Origin: Octopus vulgaris
Lineage: Eukaryota
DNA: 64,000 nucleotides
Assembly (NCBI GenBank): GCA_951406725.2
Contig: OX597820.1
Location: forward strand, 70,494,001-70,558,000
Direction of reading: 5' to 3'
Below the pieces are notes generated by a model. The model was not told where the DNA came from. It was given only the letters and a program-made list of their open reading frames with translations, and ran no database searches. Each line of letters begins with the position of its first letter. Position 1 is the stretch's first letter. Position numbers and translations under genes: made by a program. Of the stretch, positions 1 to 12,184 are shown piece by piece.

Positions 1-838
1 TTGCCTTGTGCTTAAATTAAGAACAATTATTTATTCTTAACGGAGGCACATAGCTCTGAGGTGACGGTTAAAAACCGCAATTATCTTTCGACCAGCCTAA
101 TACATTTAACATTTCCTGTCACTTGTTTATATTTCTATATAATTACTGTACTAAAATAATTCCTATATAATTTGTCATTGGTCGATTGTCGAAGTTTGCT
201 CTCATTAACTAGAATTTTAATGTATACCATATAGTTTATGTCTTCAGCAGCAATTATTGTTGGCTGTTTCTCTGACAAAACCTTTATTAAATCACTTCTT
301 ATGAACATAAATACACACCAACCAGATCTAATTGAATCAATTTAACGTCTATTTAATGCTCACTAGTAAGTAATGAGTCTCTGTAATTAAGATTACGTGA
401 CCTTTTAAAAATCAAAAAGACCACATTTTGAATAGTTGATTATTATAATCGAAGTATATAAATTATAGTCCATAGTTTTTTATTCATAAAATACTATTTA
501 TTATTCTCAATTTATATCAATAAGCAGGTCAGGAAGTGTAAGATCACAAGATGGGCAAATGTTGTAACAGAAATGTAGATACTTATAATTTTTCTTGTTA
601 AACATTAAACTGAAAATTACATTTAACAGAAATTGCTCAATCAGTGACATGTGAATGTTTCTAATGGCAAATTGATATCGTAAACCATTAGAGATAATTA
701 CGACACTCATTTCGTATTCTTGTTAATAGATTATTCTCTCTAAATAAGAGTTGATAGCCACTGTATATTTGGCATTCGCACACGTAATATTATAAAATGG
801 TATGTAGTTATCAATGAAATTGTAATCTTATTGATACA

Positions 839-1173
839 GACGCAGGCGTGGCTGTGAAGTAAGAAGCTTGCTTTTCAACCACATGGTTTCAGGTTCAGTC
901 CCATATCGTTGTACCTTCGACAAGTGTCTTCTACTGTGGCCTCGGGCCAACCAAAGCCTTGTGAGTGGATTTGGTAGGCGGAAACTGAAAGAAGCCCGTC
1001 ATATACATATACATATACATACATAAAATAAAGATGTATTATTACCGTTATTAATGGTATTAACAAGGTAATAAAATATCACAATATAAGGCAAATTTAG
1101 ATTCAGTAGGGTATACTCACTGATGTATCCAACGCAAAGGTAAGCCTATTTTTAATCTGAATCTATCTATCTA

Positions 1174-1226
<53 letters not shown>

Positions 1227-1452
1227 TATATATGTATGTATGTGTGTGTGTGTGTATGTGCCTGTGGTTTTCCCCTCACCATCGCTTGACAACTGATGTT
1301 GGCGTGTTTACGTCCCCGTAACTTAGCGGTTCGGTAAAAGAGACCGATAGAATAAGTAGAAGGTTTACAAAGAAAAACTCGTGGGATCGATTTTTTTCGA
1401 CTAAAGGCTGCTTCTGCATGGCCGTAGTCAAATGAGTGAAACAAGTAAAAAG
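839..1452 (+). mobile_element. tRNA-derived SINE family A (internal microsatellite), interrupted copy
   Basis: Head GCAGGCGTGGCTGTG..GGTTCAGTCCC (A/B-box-like), body ACCAAAGCCTTGTGAGTGGATTTGGTAG, (TA)n/(TG)n, tail CGTAACTTAGCGGTTCGG..GAAACAAGTAAAA; same layout recurs many times in the window. Confidence 0.8.
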
Positions 1453-2227
1453 CATCTGAAAAGCATGGTTGAGCGGTTTAGAAGGATTTTTTTTTTTTTG
1501 CAATCATGAGGACTATGTTCGGGTTCGATTCCCATATACCACTATCTTGAGTAAAGGCCTTTTGCTACACACTCCAGTCAACCAAAGCCGTCTGAGTGGA
1601 ACGGAGTGGAAAATGAAATTGTAGATGGATTTTGCCTGTAATTCATTGATCCAGCCTCGTCACAGATTATATCACTCTGAGCTAGACCAAGAATTATGGT
1701 AAAGATAAAGGTGACTGTGTGATACTCAATTACTTGTTAATTTAAGGCGTAGACAGTTTACCACGCATCGAATAGCTTATATAATAATGTTATAAGGAGG
1801 AAAGTGTGTTAAGAATTGAAAGCGTAAGTAATTCAATATGGACTGAATATAATATAATAATGAAAATTCAGAGATATGCTGTATAACTGGTGTTGGGATA
1901 TGCTACACAACAAACATAGCTGAACTGCAATAGTTATCCTATTTGAGACTGAATTTAAAACTATGGCTGATCTTAGCAGTTGAGGATAACTTGGCATCAG
2001 TATGTACTATGGAATCGTTAATTGCTTTAATTAGCCAAACACCATCACAGACTACCATCCTTGATTCTCATAATCCAACAATCGAGAGGAGAGAGCTGTA
2101 TCCACACAGTGCTAGAATTTTATAGAGAACGATATCTTCAAATATCAGGATCTTAAATTGCCGGTGAGTGGAGGCACATGGCCTAGTGGTTAGAGCAGCG
2201 GACTCGCGGTCGAGGGAATGTATTCTA

Positions 2228-2417
2228 TGGGAGCAGGTGTGGCTGTGTGGTAAGTAGCTTGCTTACCAACCACATGGTTACGGGTTCAGTCCCACTGCGT
2301 AGCACCTTGGGCAAGTGTCTTCTACTATAGCCTCGGGAAGACCAAAGCCTTGTGTGTGTGTGGATTTGGCCGACGGAAACTGAAAGAAGCCCGTCGTATA
2401 TATATGTGTGTGTGTAC

Positions 2418-2464
<47 letters not shown>

Positions 2465-2670
2465 GTCTGTGTTTGTCCCCTCATCTTCGGTTGACAACCG
2501 ATGTTAGTGTGTTTACGTTCCCGTAACTTAGCAGTTTGGCAAAAAAAACGATAGAATAAGTACTAGGCTTACAAAGAATAACTCCTGGGGTTGATTTATT
2601 CGACTAAAAGCAGTGCCCCAGCATGGCCACAGTCAACTTACTGAAACAAATAAATGAATAAAAGAATACA
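2228..2670 (+). mobile_element. SINE family A, full copy
   Basis: Aligns by eye along its length with 3604-4046 and 44862-45278. Confidence 0.85.
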
Positions 2671-2688
2671 AGATAAAATATTTCTTAC

Positions 2689-3511
2689 CTTGATCTCCTT
2701 TGGCTTTTTGAGCAGCCAAACCCAGATCCTGGCACAAAGGTAGGGTGATCCTTCGACATTTGTTAGGACTAGTGTCTGGTGCAAGTAGATCATTCCCTCT
2801 AACCATTGGTACATCGTAGGTACTAGAGCGAAATACTGGCGTTACGTCGAGTGTTCGAACACGTGTAGGAGTCAAACTCACTGAGCGGAATTTATTTTTC
2901 TTGTCATCAGCAGACGATTTTTTTATGCTGTAATCATTTGCTTCCAGTGTTTTAGCTTTGTCATTTCCCTGTATATCAACCTTACTCTCTGAGGTTAAGC
3001 TGTTTGACGAACTGCTGTAGCAGACTGCATCCTGCCGTTGTATCTTATTGTGGCTGTCACTTCTTTTCTCGGTAAGTTTCTCGCTCTTCTTCTCATCGCA
3101 CACTACGTCTTCTTTACGAATTGGCTTACGTTTAACATTATTCTCTTGTTGTTTTCTACTGCTAACGGACGAAGCTGAAAGAGTGCGAGATCGTGCCGAG
3201 CGGCGATATGGCTCTTCGGGAGGGTTTACAATAATTTCAGGAATTTCTCGATCGAATTCAGATCGATTACGAAGAACAGACCGACGACGAAATTTGCGAT
3301 CGAGTCTTTTTTTCCTTCGCATTTTCCTTTCCGTTTCGAATTGTTCTGTGTCCCCTGACGCTTCTTCGTCTCTATATTCACAGGTATATCCCGTTGGCAA
3401 ACTCCGAGCACGATAGGATCTGCGATTAACCGGGTTCTGGGCAACGTTCGGTTGACCTTCTGTTTCAACAGCTGATCGGAAAACATCAGATGACACATCT
3501 GTCAAAGTATC
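2689..3511 (-). CDS. Internal coding exon (823 nt, phase 0 to phase 1) of a RIM/rabphilin-family Rab-effector gene; disordered Arg/Ser/Lys-rich linker DTLTDVSS...AQKAKGDQ
   Basis: Stop-free non-repeat frame within ORF 2633-3649. Acceptor tttttcttaccttttgtttttaAG|GAT at 3513/3512 and donor CAAG|GTAAGA at 2688. Phase matches the exon at 20871-21038. Confidence 0.88.
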
Positions 3512-3603
3512 CTTAAAAACAAAAGGTAAGAAAAACTCATCATCATCATCATCATCATCATCATCAATAACAACCAAACAATAACAAAACTTATCAACTA
3601 TTA

Positions 3604-3745
3604 TAGTCGCAGGAGAGGCTATGTGGTAAGTAGTTTGCTTACCAACCACATGGTCCCAGGTTCAGTCCCACTGCGTGGTACTATAGCCTCGGGCCGACCA
3701 AAGCCTTGTGAGGGAATTTAGTAGACGGAAACTGAAAGCTCGTCG

Positions 3746-3801
<56 letters not shown>

Positions 3802-3814
3802 TGTGTGTGTGTGT

Positions 3815-3853
<39 letters not shown>

Positions 3854-4046
3854 GTTTGTCCCCCCCCAACATCGCTTGACTTCGATACTGGTGTGTTTAT
3901 GTCCCCGTAACTTTGCGGTCCGGCATAAGAGACCGATAGAATAAGTACTAGGCTTACAAAGAATAAGTCCTGGGATCGATTTGCTCGACTAAAGGCCGTG
4001 CTCCAGCATGACCGCCATCAAAATGACTGAAACTAATAAAAGAATA
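3604..4046 (+). mobile_element. SINE family A, copy with long internal (TG)n
   Basis: Head, body, (TA)n(TG)n and tail all present. Confidence 0.85.
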
Positions 4047-5164
4047 GTCACGTGTACATTTGCCAATGTGCTGCTAGTCGCTCTTAAGAATTTTTACAGT
4101 TTAATACAGCCGCTGGTTATTTTTTTACCCTTAGCTCATCCTCGGTCCATGATTATATTTGCAGCTGGTATTCTTATTCCATACTCAGTAACAAATGGAA
4201 AGAGGTTTAACTTTTCTTCTAAAATAATGACTTATTCAACGGCTAAATGTTGTTGCTCCGCATCAAACGTGCCATTAATATCACGTATATATCTTACTAA
4301 ACGTGGATCGGAGGCACTATACATAATGCAGTGAACTGGGGATAGATTTTAATCGAATAAAATCATAATTTCAATGAGAATAAAATTCATTTACCCAAAT
4401 GAAAGTTACAGACAAAAGGAGAAGGGAGAGAATTTGCTATCTCTGTACTTTGAAGTCAAATCTGAACATGTTTCGATCGTATGTATCATTGTGTGTATGC
4501 GCAGGCAGATTAATATTCTTCGCTTATATCCATTTTTGTTTCTTAATACAGTTATAAGCCATCTATTGAGGCGAAAGCCGAAAAATTACGCTTTTGCTAT
4601 CTTACGGAAAAATATTTTAGACTTTTTTTTTATACCTAGCCTCATCTAGATAATATTTGATATTTCTTTTTCTCTTTTTCTATGGAAAATATATTTGAGA
4701 ACGAATATCATGGCTTATCAAATTACATCAACATTAAGGAAGACATGGATCTGTGGTTAAGAAGCTCACTTTGCGACCATGTAGCTTCGTGTTCAGTTCC
4801 GCCGCACGGCAACTTGAGCACGAGTTTATCATGGCCACGGGCCTATTGAGGTCTTGAGAGTGTGTCTGGTGTCTTCCAGTTTGACAAGGACAAAAGAAAC
4901 CTGTCCATATGCTTGCAATTACTAAACAGTTCCGATCTGGGATTAAGCAGTGTAGGGAAAATCATGGAACAAAAAGGAATATGCGATCTTCAGCTATGCA
5001 TAAGTTACATTTCTTAGATCCATTAGCATAGGCGTTGGATTTCCCTACCATTCTCTACTTGATAGTATGTGGTACTTGATAGTATATGGTACTTGATAGT
5101 ATGTGGTACTCAACGATTATCCACATGATAGTATCTGGTCTTCACATCACCAGAAGATCATGGT

Positions 5165-5662
5165 CACTGATCAAGGATACTCCTATTGAATCCAACCAGA
5201 TGGTGCGTCTAGATGTGATAAGCGTGTTCACCAAATTCCCAACTAGTGAAGCACTATACAAGAAAAACTAGTGACAGACACCCATCTAAAAGAACGCATT
5301 AATATACCAATAAGAAACTTCATGGAAATGTTGACCTTCTGTGTAGAAACTACCTACTTCAGTATGGACACTGATATATATCGATAAGGGGAGGGTTTAG
5401 CTATGGGTTCGCCATTATCACCGGTAATAGCCAATATACACATGGAATACTTTGAGAATTTGGCTTTAGGATCAACACCACTAAAACCAACACTATGGCT
5501 ACGATATGATGATGACACTTTTATACTCTGGTCCCAACAGTGCTGTTAGATCATGTGAACTCAATGTGAACATCCATACAGTTCACAATGGAAAAGGAAA
5601 AAGACAATCAGCTGGCATTCCTGGATGTATTAATAACACTGGAGGATACCTTAACTTCAATT
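5165..5662 (+). mobile_element. Penelope-like element reverse transcriptase remnant
   Basis: Translates with stops and frameshifts as MVRLDVISVFTKFP..GLAMGSPLSPVIANIHMEYFE..WLRYDDDTF..IQFTMEKEKDNQLAFLDV, which are PLE RT motifs. Confidence 0.88.
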
Positions 5663-5916
5663 AATAATAATGCGAAACAACCATAATCCTAAGGATGGTA
5701 AGTGGTTAAATAAATATATTCACATCTCATACCACCTGACGTTTTATAGTTTATATACTCATGAGATAAGTTCATCGATTAGATGCCCTGAATTTCAAAT
5801 GCATGGAACTCTGCATCTTACTCCTCTGTATTGGATTTCCATGTGGTCTGCTAGACGAGTCCATTAGAGGAGCTTTCTGTGATAGTAGCACGATTCTATA
5901 AACCCATAAATTACAC

Positions 5917-5951
<35 letters not shown>

Positions 5952-6808
5952 ATACGTACACACATATGTATGTATGTATGTTTGTATGTAACGGGTCCTC
6001 GTACAGTTTCCGCCTAGCAAATTCAATCACAAGGCAACTGTCGGCCCGGGGTTATAGTAGAAGTCACTTACCCAAGATGCCGCGCAGTGGGCGTGGACAG
6101 GTAATCATGTGACAACAAAGTGAGTCCCTTCAACACACACAGACACACACGCGTATGTGTGTGTGTGTGTGTGTGATCAGCTCTATTAAGACATCACCTA
6201 CTTATTTGTTTTATAATATGAATAGACAAGACCTTAAATGCATAAATAAACCTCACTGCATTTCTTATAATAACGCACAATCAAACAATAACATCAGCTT
6301 GTTCTACTTCTTCAACCACACCTTTATCGACGTTGCCTTCTCCGCCTCCAACACTCTCACTTTACACGTATGTAAATACAACGATTAATAAAAAAAAAAG
6401 CCTTTCACCAAATAAGCCATGCAATGCATTTATTTACTTAAATTACATGTGTTACTCTCTATCTTTCCTCCCACTACACCTCTATCAATGCTTCCTCTTT
6501 TCCCAAATATACTTATCTCAGCACAATTTCTAATCCTCCTTTATTACTGTGATAAATCTTGTTAAGAGGAAAACAAATTACATTTATAGCATTGGAATTT
6601 TTTTTACATATATATATATACAAAGGAAAGCTTCTCAAACCCTTGTATGGCTGTGTTGTTAAGACGTTCCCTTCGCAACTACATGGTTTCTGTTCCGTTT
6701 TACTTCGCGGTTCTTTGAGCAAGCATCTTCTAATATAGGCCCTGACCGACCAATATTTTGAAAACCGATGTGATGGGAAGAATTTATATAGAAGCTCTTG
6801 ATTTCACA

Positions 6809-6855
<47 letters not shown>

Positions 6856-6861
6856 TATATA

Positions 6862-7322
6862 TAATCGACTTGATCTGTTTGTCTGCCATTGTTTGTCCCC
6901 TCTGTGTTTAGCCCCTTGTGTGTAGTAAAGAAATAGGTATTTCGTCTGTTTCTACATTTTGAGTTCAAATTCCTGCCAAGGTCATCTTTGCCTTTCATCC
7001 TTTCGGGGTCGATAAAATAAGCATCAGTTGATTACTAGGGTCGATGTAATAGACTTAACTCTTCCGGTCGAACAAAATTTTGAAACCGTTATTTATCGTT
7101 TTATTAGAAAGCGACAAGCTGGCGGCATCGTTATAACGCCGGACAAAATTTCTTTGCGGCATTTCGTCTGTCTTTAAGTCCTGATTTCAAATTCCGCCGC
7201 AGCCCACTTTACTTGTCATTTTTTCGAGGTCGATAAAATAAATACCTGTTGAATTCTGGAGTCGATATAATCGATTAGCACCCACCTTCAAAATTTTAGG
7301 CCTTGTGCATGTAGTAGAAATA
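6862..7322 (+). mobile_element. Cluster of SINE family C (central GTCGACTTTGCCTTTCATCCTTTCGGGGTCGATAAA domain, Nin/Deu-like)
   Basis: Repeated GAGTTCAAATTCCGCC B-box plus the shared central domain. Confidence 0.75.
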
Positions 7323-7423
7323 ATTATTCATAGCTTAATGTGAGCCGCGAGAGCCACTATTTAAAAAATGAGATTCACATTATTTACATTTGACGGATAT
7401 TTGTTCTCATCTTGTTTGTTGTT

Positions 7424-7469
7424 AACACAACGTTTCGGCTGCTATACCCTCCAGTCTTCATCAGGTATC
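7424..7469 (-). ncRNA. Minimal (PLE-type) hammerhead ribozyme
   Basis: GAUAC-CUGAUGA-A-GACUG(loop)CAGCC-GAAAC-GUU-GUGUU: core, stem I, stem II (one mismatch) and palindromic ACGU in place of stem III. Confidence 0.65.
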
Positions 7470-7679
7470 ATGGGGAAATTTCGAACCTGGGTTCTCATTT
7501 CTTAGGTATTATTCGATATTATTATTATTACTACTACTACTACTACTACCACTAATATTCAGGTCATTGCCTGGAATCGAACTCGGAATCTTGGGGTTAG
7601 TAGCCCACGCTCTTAACCACTACGTCATATGCCCGAAAAATACCTTAGAAATGAGAACCCAGGTTCGAAATTACCCCAA

Positions 7680-7725
7680 GACACCTGATGAAGGCTGGAG
7701 GGTATATCAGCCGAAATGTTGAGTT
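7680..7725 (+). ncRNA. Minimal (PLE-type) hammerhead ribozyme, second copy, slightly decayed
   Basis: GACAC-CUGAUGA-A-GGCUG(GAGGGUAUAU)CAGCC-GAAAU-GUU-GAGUU; perfect stem II, C-to-T change after GAAA. Confidence 0.6.
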
Positions 7726-8234
7726 AACAAGATGAAGACGAATATCCATCAAATTTAAATAATGTACATAATTCCTCATCTCATAGAACTGAAAATTAGA
7801 TTTGTTTTGTGTTCTCTCGAAAGATTATAAAATCCTTGACATCAACCATACATTATACACTCACACTGAAAATATTTGGGGAAATGCTGCGCCCTTCTTA
7901 ACCTACAGATTCCATTAGTCCCTTAAAGAATTTTGAGAAACTAACGCCATCATCGGAAGTGAACATGTACGTGCGCGTTCGTATGTATCATCTTAAGCGT
8001 TCTCCAAGTTGCGTTCATTTACGCCAAAAGTTAACTATAACTAGAAATCGATAACAATAAGTAGTGAAGTGAAATAAGAGCAAGAATCGATACGATAAAG
8101 AAAAAACACTGGAGTTGTTCTAAATATGTAATAGGTGAAGTTATTAATTTCAATCATTCAGTTTTACTACGCTTGAAAAACCTTTATGTGACAAGTCATC
8201 AGCTAGTACATAACAGTATCTATGCATATGATTT

Positions 8235-8275
<41 letters not shown>

Positions 8276-8312
8276 CTATAATCTTTCAGTTTAGAAAAGA
8301 CGCTGAGATGTG

Positions 8313-8862
8313 CGAGGGTAAGTCAAAAAAGTAATGCCATTTTGTTTAGGACAGATATAATTATGAACACAGGAACATCTATCATACATCAAAATGAAGC
8401 TGGTCCTCTGTGAATCACATCCCTACTTCTCAACATAGTCACAGTTTCTCTCAATAGCAATGTTTCACCTTCGAAAGAGAGCATGTATCCCTGCCCCGTA
8501 AAATTTTTTTGACTGTTCTTTGAGCAACTTCTTCACTACAGTTTTCACTTCCTCGTCACTGGAATAATGTTTACCTTTCAAACCCTCTTTCATGGGGCCG
8601 AAGAGATGATAGTCCAGTGACGAGGAAGTGAAAACTGTAGTGAAGAAGTGGTTCAAAGAAAAGTCAACAGAATTTTACGGGGCAGAGATACATGCTCTCA
8701 TTCGAATGTGGAACATTGCTATTGAGAGAAACGGTGACTATGTTGAGAAGTAGGCTTGTGATCCACAGAGGACCAGCTTCATTTTGATGTATGATACATG
8801 TTCCTGTGTTTGTAATTATACCTGTCCTAAACAAAAAGGCATTAACTTTTGACTCACCCTCG
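8313..8862. mobile_element. Palindromic non-autonomous mariner made of two inverted 3' ends
   Basis: Termini CGAGGG...CCCTCG with TG/TA flanks. Both arms encode transposase C-terminus; the longer left copy reads DYHLFGPMKEGLKGKHYSSDEEVKTVVKK. Confidence 0.88.
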
Positions 8863-8965
8863 TATTTGTTGGTATCTAAAAAAAATTCTGTGTCATTAAT
8901 GAAAATATTTATATGATTTTTAGCGATTAAAGTTTGGAAATAAGGCAATGTCACATTCTCTAACT

Positions 8966-9130
8966 ATGAAGGCACGTGACTTAGTGGCTAGAGTGTTGGA
9001 CGTGTAATCGTAAGACTATGGTTTCGATTCCTGGACCAGCAAAACACTTCATTTCACACTGCTCCAAACCACTCAGCTGGCAACAATGAGCAATCCTACG
9101 ACGGACCGGCTCCCCGTCCAGGTAGGGAAT
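8966..9130 (+). mobile_element. SINE family B (tRNA-Arg-like head) fragment
   Basis: GAAGGCACGTGACTTAGTGG..GTTTCGATTCC head and ACGGACCGGCTCCCCGTCCAGG body. Confidence 0.65.
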
Positions 9131-9196
9131 ATATGTGTATATATCTCTATCTATATATGTATCTATATATATATTTATCTCTCTCTCTCTCTCCCT

Positions 9197-9232
<36 letters not shown>

Positions 9233-10029
9233 CATGGAAACCGGCCCTTTATTTTTCTATTCTCAAACCATATTGCATACAATGGACATCATTTTAAAAC
9301 TTATTCAGCCCTTAATATTTCCTTCACGGTTTATTTCATAATTTCTATTCAAAAACGATATATTGCTTATTGTACTAGGAAGATCAAATTCTTAACTTTC
9401 ACTTGTTTTTTCATCCCGGTTTATAGTAATTTCGGCTTTTTCCCCTCTTCTATTCAATTTCAAACGTATTTCTTTCTTAGAGGTTCTATTTATAGAGATG
9501 ATGCAAGAAAAAAAAAAAAACGTTTTCATGATTGCAATTCAAAACAGATTTTTTACTGAATCTGTGTCCCTCCGCTTTATATTGAATAATGAATAATTAC
9601 ATCTACGCCGTTGTTACACGAACAAAACAAGGCGAAAGAGTAAGCTATTCTTTTGCTTGGAGGGCAGAAGGACAAAAGAAAATGAGATGACATAAATGAC
9701 ACAAAAAATAATACAATGTTCTTAGTGTTCTGCACTTAACAATCCTTTTGCATGCAGAAGGCTACTCTGGGCAATTAACTTTATTGTCTTGTTCATGTAA
9801 TCGGGAAATAGTGGTAGATTAGATTATACAAACGTAAAAGGAAGCTAGTTTGTTAACAATGATAAATCGTGATGAATATTTCTTCCTAAGTTTAATTGAG
9901 AGTATTATCTGACATTTTTAGGAGACTTTCACCTATTTTATAACTGACTTTAGTTTTAATGCCGTAAGAATAACAGGCTGTTAATAATGGACAATAGTTA
10001 ATGTTATAGAATACACCATTTAACAAAAA

Positions 10030-10677
10030 CTTTTCTACTCTAAGCACAAGGCCCGAAATTTTGGAGGAGGGGCCCAGTCAATTAGATCGACCCCAGTACG
10101 CAACTGGTACTTAATTTATCCACTCTGAAAGGATGAAAGGCAAAGTTGACCTTGGCGGAATCTTAACTCAGAACGTAAAGTCAGACGAAATACCAATTTC
10201 TTTATTACCCACAAGGGGCTAAACACAGAGAGGACAAACAAGGACAGACAAAGGGATTGAATCGATTACATCGACCCCAGTGCGTAACTGGTACTTAATT
10301 TATCGAAGGCGGCAAGCTGGCAGAAACGTTAGCACGCCCGGGCGAAATGCTTTGCGGTATTTCGTCTGCCGTTACGTTCTGAGTTCAAATTCCGCCGTGG
10401 TCAACTTTGCCTTTCATCCTTTCGGGTCGATTAAATAACTACCAGTTACGCACTGGGGTCGATATAATCGACTTAATCCGTTTGTCTGTCCTTGTTTGTC
10501 TTTTCTGTGTTTAGATCCTTGTGGACAGTAAAGAAATAGGTACTTAATTTATCGACCCCGAAAGGATGAAAGGAAAAGTCGACCTCGGCGGAATTTGAAC
10601 TCAGAACGTAACGGCAGACGAAATACGGCTACGCATTGCACCCGGCGTGCTAACGTTTGTGCCAGCTCACCGCCTTA
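10030..10677. mobile_element. Nested SINE family C: plus copy (10307-10538) inside a minus dimeric copy
   Basis: Direct repeat GGTACTTAATTTATCGA at 10290-10306 and 10539-10555 flanks the inner copy. Confidence 0.8.
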
Positions 10678-10687
10678 CCATTTAACA

Positions 10688-11320
10688 TTTCGATTCCCAG
10701 ACTGGGCGTTGTGAGTGTTTATTGAGCGAAAACACCTAAGGCTCCACGAGGCTCCGGCAGGGGGTAGTGGCGAACCCTGCTGTACTTTTTCACCATAATT
10801 TTCTCTCGCTCTTCGTGTTTCTGTTGTACCTGTATTTCAAAGGGCCAGCCGTGTCACACTATGTGTCATGGGTCTGTGGAGTGCTCAGCCACTTGCACAT
10901 TAATTTCACGAGCAGGCTGTTCCGTTGATCGTTGTAAATGAAAAGATGATATGCCAGGAGTGCCATAACAAAGATCATATTATGCTTCTCATCTAGGCAA
11001 AAGTGTAGTGTAACTAGTAATATCTGTATAGTTCTTCCGCCGAGGTCGACTTTGCCTTTCATCCTTTCGGGGTCGATAAATTAGGTATCGTTTGCGTACT
11101 GGGGTCGATCTAATCGACTGGCCCCCACTCCACAAAAATCTCGGTCCTTGTGCCAAGAGTACAGAAGAATATTTGTATAGATATTCTGCCGAGGTCGACT
11201 TGGCCTTTCACCCTTTCAGGGTCGATAAATTAACTACTATTTGCGTACTAGGATCGATCTAATTGACTGGAGCCCTCCTCCAAAATTTCGGGCCTTGTGC
11301 CTGGAGTAGAAAAGAATATT
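10688..11320 (+). mobile_element. 5'-truncated SINE family B followed by two family C bodies
   Basis: TTCGATTCCCAGACTGGGCG..GCTCCACGAGGCTCCGGCAG, then two central-domain copies. Confidence 0.7.
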
Positions 11321-12092
11321 TGAATAGGTCATACTGAGTGGTTGAACCGACTACTTTTGTGACCTATACCTTCATGTCATAAGTCTCTTGAATCAACGAA
11401 CAAACTTCAGTAGCTGAATAGCATGTTAGATATTAATTTTGTGGAGTTCAGAGAGAGAAATATTACTGTCTAAATTGATGGGAATTGAACCTAGAAGTTG
11501 TGCTCTGGTAACACAGACACAGTTGTATTCCACAACCTTCGGACTCATCCCCAAACTTATCTAAATAGTATTTATTCAATCAGTTTACATTGTTTATCAA
11601 ATCAGGTTCATTTATCAGCATGGTACAAAACAGTATTATCTAAAGACTGATTTACAGTGAAGTAATACGTTTAGTTCTATACAGCTTCAACAGATTCAAC
11701 TGTGATTATTATCTCAGACGTTAATGCCAGAAATTATAATCCCATAAGCGGGATGTACTACACGCTATAATCTTTACTGTTATTGAGGACATACACTGAA
11801 ATCTTCATGGGCTTAAACTTATGAATACCAACAATTCAACAGGTAAATAGAGAGACAAATATAAATGATAACTAGATAAGCTTACATGCATAGATAACTA
11901 TAGCTAAATAAATGCAGATAGATGAAGGACATACGTAGATAGACTGAAGAACATAGACAAACATAATTAGATTAAAGGTAAATAGATAGATAGATAGAGA
12001 GAGAGGCAGAGAGACATAGGAATATATATATAGATAGAGAGAGAGGGAGAGAGACATAGGAATATATATATAGATAGAGAGGGAGTCCCATA

Positions 12093-12093
12093 C

Positions 12094-12132
<39 letters not shown>

Positions 12133-12184
12133 CAGATAGATAGATAGATAGATAGATAGACAGATAGATAGATAGATAGATAGA
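12093..12184. repeat. (GATA)n microsatellite
   Basis: Direct reading. Confidence 0.95.

Larger units (their letters stand above)
7377..7765. mobile_element. Inverted-repeat element (arms 7377-7515 and 7634-7765) enclosing a minus-strand tRNA-like head; Penelope pseudo-LTR/retrozyme-like
   Basis: Arms of ~135 bp are reverse complements. Internal 7557-7634 reads GGGCATATGACGTAGTGGTTAAGAGC..GTTCGATTCC on the minus strand. Confidence 0.75.

Noticed and set aside
1111-1135. Possible micro-exon near GTGAGT (minus strand)
   Set aside because: Purine-rich acceptor context and a non-triplet length (~25 nt).
3048-3416. 122-aa plus-strand ORF
   Set aside because: Antisense shadow of the real exon.
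2633-3649. 338-aa single-exon ORF
   Set aside because: The N-terminal part comes from a SINE head and (CAT)n, and the C-terminal FILYSF.. tail is intron/SINE. Only 2689-3511 is bounded by splice sites.
5056-5111. 17-bp unit repeated about three times
   Set aside because: Simple local tandem duplication with no spacers; not CRISPR-like.
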